Below are positions 1-7,472 of a stretch of 14,037 nucleotides of DNA, piece after piece (position 1 is the stretch's first letter; each line of letters opens with the position of its first letter). Source of the DNA: Piromyces finnis finn (taxonomy: Eukaryota > Fungi > Neocallimastigomycota); the NCBI GenBank assembly GCA_002104945.1, contig MCFH01000225.1, positions 1 to 14,037 of the forward strand. The letters are read 5' to 3'. The notes beneath the pieces are model-generated. The model searched no databases and was not told where the DNA came from. It was given only the letters and a program-made list of their open reading frames with translations. The position numbers and the translations under genes were made by a program.

Positions 1-662
1 ACCGAAGACTCAATGAAAACACAATCAGGGATTCATATCCACTACCTCTCATATCTGAATTATTCGATAGATTAAGAGAAGCCAAAGTTTTTACTAAACT
101 TGATCTCAAGTCTGCTTATAATCTAGTTCGAATAAATGAAGGTGATGAATATAAAACTGCATTTAGGACAATTTGGTCACTTTGAATATCTTGTCATGCC
201 GTTTGGATTAAAAACGCTCCTGCAACTTTCCAACATTTTATCAATGATGTTCTCGGGAATACTTGGATGAATTCGCCTTTTTCTTATATTGATGATATTC
301 TTATCTATTCGAAAAAACTTGAAGAACACCGAAAGCATGTAAAGAAAGTTCTTCAAAGATTAAAAGAAAATGGTCTTTATGCAAACTTAGAAATGTGAAT
401 TGAAACTTCAGAAACTACTTTCTTAGGGCATGTTATCTCAGATAAAGGAATCTCTATGGATCCAAAGAAGGTTAAAGCTATTATGGAATGGCCTGTGCCA
501 ACATCTGTTAAAGAAGTCAATCTTTATGGATTATGTAATTATTATAGAAGATTTATTCCAAACTTTGCTATATTGCTAAACCGTTACATAATCTAACTAA
601 GAAAGATGTTAATTTTCATTGGCCAGAAGAATGTAATGAAGCTTTTTGTTACTTTAAAGAAA
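1..662 (+). pseudogene. Ty3/Gypsy reverse transcriptase fragment (left arm of the inverted repeat), many 1-2 nt indels
   Basis: Manual translation across frameshifts gives [24 protein letters not shown]...[13 protein letters not shown]...MPFGL..APATFQ...YIDD (285-296)...FLGHVIS...[13 protein letters not shown]...YYRRFIPNF. Absent from the ORF track because of the indels. Confidence 0.95.
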
Positions 663-1355
663 TTTCTTTAATATACAAAAAGCTTTTTTCTTTAATTACA
701 AAAAGCTTCATTACATTCTTCTGGCCAATGAAAATTGACATCTTTCTTAGTTAGATTATGTAACGGTTTAGCAATACTAGCAAAGTTTGGAATAAATCTT
801 CTATAATAATTGCATAATCCAATAAACGACTGAACTTCTTTAACAGATGTTGGCACAGGCCATTCCATAATAGCTTTAACCTTTTTTGGATCCATAGAGA
901 TTCCTTATCTGAGATAACATGCCCTAAGAAAGTAGTTTCTGAAGTTTCAAATTCACATTTGCTAAGTTTCGCATAAAGACCATTTTCTTTTAATCTTTGA
1001 AGAACTTTCTTTACATGCTTTCGGTGTTCTTCCAAGTTTTTCGAATAGATAAGAATATCATCAATATAAGAAAAGGCGAATTCATCCAAGTATTCCCCGA
1101 GAACATCATTGATAAAATGTTGGAAAGTTGCAGGAGCGTTTTTTAATCCAAACGGCATGACAAGATATTCAAAGTGACCAAATCTTGTCCTAAATGCAGT
1201 CTTATATTCATCACCTTCATTTATTCGAACTAGATTATAAGCAGACTTGAGATCAAGTTTAGTAAAAACTTTGGCTTCTCTTAATCTATCGAATAATTCA
1301 GATATGAGAGGTAGTGGATATGAATCCCTGATTGTGTTTTCATTGAGTCTTCGGT
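1..1355. repeat. Long fold-back inverted repeat, arms 1-662 and 687-1355; left arm cut by the window edge
   Basis: Base 1 (accgaagactcaatgaaaac) pairs with 1355-1336. Aligned by hand over the whole length, the arms differ by about a dozen small indels and 5 clear substitutions. Confidence 0.97.
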
Positions 1356-1640
1356 ATCAACACACAATCTTAAAGTTCCATCCTTTTTCCTAACAAATAG
1401 CACAGGTGCTCCAGCAGGTGAAGTAGACGGTCTTATAAATCCTTTTTCTAGATTTTCAGAAATATACTCCTTTAACGTATTCCTTTCTTCTTCTGTTAGA
1501 GGGTATAAAGGACCATAAAATAAGTTATCTTTATCTTTCAATCTTATTTTACAATCGTATATTCGATGTGGAGGTAGTTCATTACACTCAACTTCATCAA
1601 ATACATTTTCAAATTCCTTATATACATCTGGAATTTCTAC
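687..1640 (-). pseudogene. pol: Element A reverse transcriptase, frameshifted
   Basis: ORFs 1281-1541, 751-1158 and 692-895 join into LPPHRIYDCKI...FYGPLYPL...[29 protein letters not shown]...YIDD (1057-1068)...KCEF...FLGHVIS...[12 protein letters not shown]. Each break is consistent with one missing base. Confidence 0.95.
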
Positions 1641-1949
1641 AATATTTTCTCTAACATCTTCACCACTATTTCATCATTTGAAAGAACACTACATACAATA
1701 TACTTTTGAACATTCTTTTTATTTAATTTTAAATTTTTACTACATTTCTTTTTAATACATGAATTTTATTTTTATCTATAATTTTTCTATTTTCTTTATT
1801 CCTAATTTCACTTTCTCTAATTTTTAAACTATTTTTATAATTTATGAGTATTCTTGTACGAGTTCCTTTTCTTTTCTTCTTTTTCTTCTTTGGCCAATTG
1901 CGCTTCTTGATTTCTTCTTTTCATGTCTTCTGGAGTAGCACAGCAATTC

Positions 1950-2330
1950 AAAGAACAGAATTCGGATTTGAATTCAAGAGTTTGATCCTTAAAGCTAATT
2001 GTAGGATCGTGTTTTCTTAACCAATTCTTACCCAGAATGACAGAAATACCAGAAGGAAGATCAGTAAGGTAGAATTGAATGGATTCTTTATGATTCTTGA
2101 TGTTCATGATTAAAGGATTGTTTCATACTTCAAGAATCCATTACCACCTATACTTCAAAACTTATCGTTAAACATTCTTTGGAATGGGATCTTGTACTTG
2201 TCCACGGCTTTCCATCCAAAAAGTCTAAGTCCGAACCAGAATCCACAAGAGCCTTAAGATACACTCCATTATTGACTTGTAATAGGAATGTCATAACATT
2301 TAACATTCTTCTTCCAGCGGTAGTAGCCAT
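1950..2330 (-). pseudogene. Element A retroviral-type aspartic protease, frameshifted
   Basis: ALVDSGSDLDF (DSG at 2235-2243) and the C-terminal motif VILGKNWLRKHDPTISF in ORFs 2148-2330 and 1835-2107. Confidence 0.9.
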
Positions 2331-2346
2331 AAACGCTTTGGTCTAT

Positions 2347-3194
2347 TTATAACCTTATCCTTAAGTTAGGACAATCCTTTTTAATATGTCCAGTCCCTTT
2401 GCAGAAGAAACATTTTCTGGCTTAAGCTGAGGTTGTGGGTTTCTTGATCTACATAATTTCTATATTTTACACCATAAGAGAGGTACCTTGTTCCTAAGTC
2501 TCTGTTATATCTTCGGTTCTTCTTTCCGTCGACATCCATAGGATCCTTTCCGAAGACTTTCCATTCTACTTCTACATTGGCAGCAACAACATTAATTAAC
2601 TCAGTTATCTTTCTAATTCTTGGGTAAAGGAGCTTCGCTTTTTCCTTGACTGAAGTTGGTAAGCCTTCCATAAAGAAATGGATTTTGCTTCATCATTAAA
2701 GGACGAGTCTCTAGCCATCTTTTCAAATTCCTCGCAGTAGTCCATGACGTTCTTGAATTGGCTTGACTTTAACTTTGCAAGTCGACTGTTTGGCTACATC
2801 GGCACTGTTACAGGTTTTATAGCGAGCCTTCATTGCCTCAATAAAATCTTCATAGGAGTTCAACAGGGGGCTTTCTTCTCTTTCCAAGTCGGCCAAACCA
2901 TTCGGCGGCGGTTCCTTCCAGGTAGCATCCCAAGATATCCAGCTTGTAGGCGTCGGTAGCATCTTCTTCTAAGTTATATTTGAAATATTTCTCCAATCTT
3001 GCCAGGAAGTAAAGAAGTTCACTTCTTTTTCCTGAAAATCTTGGAGGTTTTGGGATGAGTCTTCCCCTGGTGTTAACGCTTTTACCAGTCTCATCCTCAA
3101 TGTCCATCATGGAACTCGCCTCAGAGCCTGCGTCACTGGCTCCAGCTATTCCATCACTACGGTTGTTTATTCTTAAATAACTGTTTCTATCCAT
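2347..3194 (-). pseudogene. gag: Element A gag (capsid plus CCHC zinc knuckle), frameshifted; likely start MDRNS at 3194
   Basis: PKPPRFSG...LLYFLARLEKYF...YLEGTAAEWF capsid motif and PMDVD motif. A knuckle C-F-F-C-K-G-T-G-H-I-K-K-D-C is readable at 2412-2371 in a frame missing from the ORF track. Confidence 0.9.
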
Positions 3195-3349
3195 TTTACT
3201 ATTACTTAATAAACAACAAATTACTAACCAATAATTAATATCCCAATTATTCAAACTATTCAACTTGACTATTTCTAATTATTATATTATTATATTAAAC
3301 CAACCAATAATTTAACAACTCAATTACAAAATAATTAACTAAACTAAAA

Positions 3350-3372
3350 TTTTTTTTTTTTTTTTTTTTTTT
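3350..3372. repeat. T23 homopolymer (poly-A on the element A sense strand, in the leader)
   Basis: Directly visible. Confidence 0.95.
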
Positions 3373-3501
3373 ATTTTATTTTACTATTACTATTTATTAA
3401 CTATTAATAAACTATATTTACTATCACAACAACAAATTATTCTATACCAAATATTTCAATATTTCCCCGAAATTAACTAAAATTAATTTCTAACAACAAA
3501 A

Positions 3502-3505
<4 letters not shown>

Positions 3506-3542
<37 letters not shown>
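3506..3542. repeat. T37 homopolymer (poly-A on the element A sense strand, in the leader)
   Basis: Directly visible. Confidence 0.95.
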
Positions 3543-3545
<3 letters not shown>

Positions 3546-3553
3546 ATGCTACT

Positions 3554-3630
3554 TGTATACAAAGGTGAACTACTATACTAATAAGTTGGAAAATTGTAAA
3601 ATATTCTTTATAAGTTCAGGTTTGTATACA
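3554..3630 (-). promoter_or_regulatory. Putative self-priming stem (5' end of the transcript paired with the PBS) of element A
   Basis: Sense TGTATACAAA-CC-TGAACT (3630-3613) is complementary to AGTTCA-CC-TTTGTATACA (3571-3554). The second arm straddles the inferred LTR end (...TTCA at 3566). No tRNA-type TGG PBS is seen. Confidence 0.6.
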
Positions 3631-3881
3631 CTAAATCACTAACACTAGTTATAAATTTATTTATTATTAAACTTTATTTTATTTATTAAATTATTAAACT
3701 AAACTAAACTAAAACAACCGTTGATTACTTTACCGTGAAGGTTATTTTACCAGAGCCCTCACTAGGTAATCAATTATTAATTAAAGCTAAACTAATTATT
3801 AACTAATGTTAATTTATCTAAACTAAATTAACCTATACTACTAACTATACGATTTTCCAACTATCGTTTCAATAGTTGACA
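3566..3881 (-). repeat. Candidate 5' LTR of element A (~316 bp)
   Basis: Sense begins TGTCAACT at 3881, where composition changes to flanking AT-rich DNA, and ends AGTTCA at 3566. It has imperfect terminal inverted repeats and an internal TATAA. No second copy is in the window to confirm the boundaries. Confidence 0.6.
3642..3653 (-). promoter_or_regulatory. TATA-like motif TATAACTAGTGT in LTR A
   Basis: An identical 12-mer occurs at 11902-11913 upstream of element B gag, in the same orientation relative to gag. Confidence 0.5.
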
Positions 3882-4228
3882 AATTTTCTTTATTTATACT
3901 TTTTAAATAAATTGAATAAATTCTAATATACATGTTTAATATTATAATTTTACATTGTTTACATTTATGCATTTATTAAAAGAAATTATTTGTATTAAAC
4001 TATTTAAATTCAATTTATTTACTAAAGAATTTTCTAAACTTAAAATAAAGTTTTGATTTAATTACTATATGGTTGATTATATTTCAAACATATATTTAAT
4101 TTATTTATTTCTAATTTGAGGCTTAGTTTATAAAAAAAATTTTTTCTTATCTAAAATATTTATTGGTTGAAATTTATTTAATTTAAAAATTTTATTTTAT
4201 CATCAAAAACTTTATCTTATCATAAAAT

Positions 4229-4375
4229 TAGATTTACATAAATTTATGTTAATGTATTGTAATACATTATTTTATCGTAACTTTAGATTTCACATAGATT
4301 TATGTTAATGTATTGTGATATAAATTTTGTAAAGATTTACGGTACATTAATTCAATACATTGTACATTATTTTAA
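4229..4375. repeat. Degenerate ~55-bp tandem repeat (~2.5 copies) containing internal palindromes
   Basis: tagatttacataaatttatgttaatgtattgtaatac (4229) matches tagatttcacatagatttatgttaatgtattgtgata (4284); a partial third copy starts near 4333. Confidence 0.7.
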
Positions 4376-4421
4376 ATACGTATTAAATACATTATTCTAT
4401 TAATACAATATTTTACACAGT

Positions 4422-4508
4422 GGGAAGCTTTACTCGCTTTTAAGAAGGCCAGACTATGTCAAGAGTTAGAGTGGATTTAGAATTATAATTAAGTCTACTA
4501 GGTTAGGA
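4422..4508 (+). pseudogene. Tiny Ty3/Gypsy pol remnant (RNase H C-terminus)
   Basis: GC-richer island translating GKLYSLLRRPDYVKS*SGFRIIIKSTRLG. This resembles the conserved GK.ADALSRRPDY motif and the following residues of element B (GKADALSRRSD...SLLKPTQL). Confidence 0.5.
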
Positions 4509-5090
4509 TAGGCTTAATTATATAGTAAATAATAAATTTTTATAAATAAAAGAGTAATAAATATAGTTTTTTAAGAAATATTTTATTTAATTTTTATAAT
4601 ATAAGTAAATGATAATTATTAATTTTAAATATTGAATTTACTATATAAAAATGAGTATAATAATCTCACAAAGAACTTCTTAAAGTTGTTCTTTGTTCAA
4701 CTTATTTATACTTCATTTTTAATATAATGTTGATATTAATAAAGTATAATAATAATATAATTTAAGTTATACATGTATAATAATATAAATATAAATATTA
4801 ATAAAATATAATAGTAATAATAATATAATTTTCTTTAAATATCGATATTAATAAGTTGTTAAAAATAATATTAATAATTATTTAAATGAATCTTATTTTA
4901 CTAATTGGTTTGTTTAATATTAATTAATTGTTACACTATTTATCTCCGGATAATAAATAGCTTTCCAATTAATATTTATATTAAATAAACTATTATTAGT
5001 AAAATATTATTAAATTAATATTTTAATTTAACTAATAATTCAAAATTATGAAATTTCATGAAATGTCAAATTTCATGAATTGTGATTTTG

Positions 5091-5280
5091 ACAGACTACA
5101 AACCAAAAGAATAAGTCTAATGAATCAATCATTCCTGAAAAGAATATTTACTGTGCCACAAGAGATAATATTAATAATCTTATCGAGTCACAGAGGTCTG
5201 ATAAATATTTTAGAAACATCCTTTCCAAAATCAAGTCAGGGACTGAAGTAAAAAGTGCTTTGTTCAAAATCGTCGATGGT
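5091..5280 (+). pseudogene. Element C part 1: pol RNase H-integrase linker remnant
   Basis: A frame not in the ORF track reads (DYKPKE)NKSNESIIPEKNIYCATRDNINNLIESQRSDKYFRNILSKIKSGTEVKSALFKIVDG, matching the Q..D....I...L...F...DG(LL) pattern that precedes the integrase HHCC finger. Confidence 0.65.
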
Positions 5281-5793
5281 TGTAATTTTGAAATTTAAAG
5301 AATATATTAGGTTATCTATTCTATTACAATAACACACACAAAAATTAGAAATAGAAAAAAAATTTTTATAAAAATATCTTTTATAATAGAATTTTTATTA
5401 ATAACAATTACATCGATAAAGTGATGATAAATATATTCTATTTATATTTTTCCTAAATATAATTATATTATATAACTATTTATTTAAAATATATTATTAT
5501 TTAAAATCTACACTAAAATCTTAATTATTAATAAAATACTTAAACTATAACTATTTTGGTATAATACAATTGGCAATTTAAATTAAGTACTATTCAATTT
5601 GAATATGTGCCCATGTATTATTGATATATCAATCATACAATTTATCTATTTCTATTACAAAACAATACTAAAATTAGGGGTTTAACTTGAGAAATTTAAT
5701 TTATTTTGTTTTAAACTTTAATTATTAAAAAATAAATTATGGCTCTCTTTCTTTTTCTGTAATATAATTTATATAACTTAAATGATAATATCT
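5281..5793. other. ~510-bp AT-rich insertion interrupting element C pol
   Basis: Coding similarity stops at gat ggt (5280) and resumes at (at)ggc tta agt tac (5794). The flanks atggt/atggc resemble a 5-bp target duplication with one mismatch. Confidence 0.5.
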
Positions 5794-6840
5794 ATGGCTT
5801 AAGTTACATTAAAGATATCAAACTGTGGCGTTTTATATCTTTACAATGGTATTCTCCATTTTCAAAACCACTAAAATCTTTTCATGGTACTCCTACAAAT
5901 GGTCACCATGTATCGATAAAACGATTGAAAAACTTAAACGTTACCACTGGTGGTCTAACATGAAAAATGATGAAATTTTATTCTTTTATGCAAAACTTGT
6001 GGAAAAAACAAAATAAGAAGAAATAAGCTGTATGGTAAGATTCAACCTCTCCCTATTTCTAACAAGCCATGGGAAATAATAGTAGACTAGCCTACCTTTC
6101 AAGCTCTCAGGACTGTTCTTGTATCATGATTGTATCGGATCATTTCACTAAAATGGTTCATTTAATTCCCCGTTCTGATGTACTCTGCTGACCTAACAGC
6201 TAAACTTTTACTGTTAAATGTATTTCGCTATCATGGATTTTCTAAGGTAATAATTTCGGATCATGGTACCCAGTTCTCCTCAGAATATTGGACTTCGCTT
6301 TGTTCGGCCTTACATGTAAAACCTCAACTTGCTACGGCTCATCATCAGCGGTCAAATGAACAAGTTGAAAGAGCTAACTCAGTGATTGAACAATATCTTC
6401 GTTACTATTGTTCTTCTGCGCAACATGAATAATTTTCTTATCTTATGTGTTAGCTTATAACAATTCTTTCTACAAATTTATAGAAATGTCGCCATTTTTT
6501 GCCAATTATGGGTTCCACCCTGAATATAATATTGATTCTCCCCCAGTTCTACTTAGGGATGGCGCTTCATCGCTTACAGAAGATTGATCTTTCCATTTTA
6601 ATGCTTTGAAAATATAGCTAAATCAAGCTAATGAAGACTTCAATAAGTATGGTAATAATCACAAATTCACGAGACCAGAACTTAAGGTCAATGATATGGT
6701 TTGGCTCAAGCAACACTATTTCACTAATGAACCTGCTAAGAAGCTAGCTTCTCAATATTTAAGTCCATTTCGCATTCCTGAAAAGAGAACAGAAAATCTT
6801 AACATTCATCCTGTACTTTATATTTCACAATTGGAACGAT
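5794..6840 (+). pseudogene. Element C part 2: decayed Ty3/Gypsy integrase (HHCC remnant, rve core, GPY/F region)
   Basis: HGTPTNGH...KTIEKLKRYHWW; PWEII; DHFTKMVHLIP; IISDHGTQFSSEYW; HHQRSNEQVERANSVIEQYLR; AYNN; SPFFANYGFHP; VWLK; SPFRI; IHPVLYISQLE. Several stops and frameshifts. Confidence 0.93.
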
Positions 6841-7472
6841 TTATTTTTACTTGCTCATTCTACAAGTTTTATGTAATTAATAAATTTAATTTAAAAACAT
6901 TTTAGTTTTATTAGTATAGTTATTTATAAAAAATATTATTTTATTATTAAAATATTCTAATTTTCCTGGTTAATTAATAACAAGTTTTAAAATAATATCA
7001 TCTATTTCTATTTATACAAGATAATTACATTTAAGTTTATAAACAATTTTTGCTTATATTTTACATTTTTAAAATTTAATTAAATATTTATATTTTATAT
7101 TATTTTAATTATTTACTATTTTAAATTTATATTAGATTTATTATAAAATTTTAAAAATCAGGTTTTATAAATTATTTATAAATTTTATTCTTTATCAATT
7201 TCTTGGTTAAGAAGAAACATCGACCCTTGAAGTTAATAAAAAAGAATATTATGAAAGAAATAAAATTTAATAATTAAAAAAATTTTAATATAAAATGTAA
7301 TCTTGAGCAATTAAATATATTTCTTCCTATTTCTTTTTATATACTTTCATATACATTTCTTTATCTTCTTTAGTAGTGGCATCATCCATTTTTCCTTTTG
7401 ATTTACTATTTCTTATTTTTGTTATTATTGTAAAAAGGATTAAAATTATTTTGGTTATTGGCAGGATAATTA

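Larger units (their letters stand above)
687..3881 (-). mobile_element. Element A: 3'-truncated Ty3/Gypsy LTR retrotransposon (5' LTR, gag, PR, RT; no RNase H or integrase)
   Basis: Domain order gag-PR-RT on the minus strand, a candidate TG...CA LTR upstream, and termination at the fold-back junction in the RT thumb/connection (EECNEAF). Confidence 0.92.

Noticed and set aside
937-1355. Idea that element B deleted its RT core to escape siRNAs from the element A hairpin, which covers most of the homologous region
   Set aside because: A and B are divergent families sharing only short identical stretches (longest noticed 14 nt), so cross-silencing is doubtful and the overlap may be coincidence.
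2744-2959. Plus-strand 71-aa ORF
   Set aside because: Antisense to element A gag; no independent support.
4668-4960. Small hairpins (acaaagaac/gttctttgt at 4668-4696; ctatttat/ataaatag near 4937-4960; similar ones at ~12633 and ~13024)
   Set aside because: Stems of 8-10 bp are expected by chance in DNA this AT-rich and have no supporting context.
5048-5251. 67-aa ORF MKFHEMSNF as a host gene
   Set aside because: The retroelement-like reading is in a different frame; this translation is a shadow.
5279-5803. Reading the 510-bp insertion as a spliceosomal intron
   Set aside because: The nearest GT...AG pair does not restore the DG-L.Y reading frame, and the donor is not canonical.
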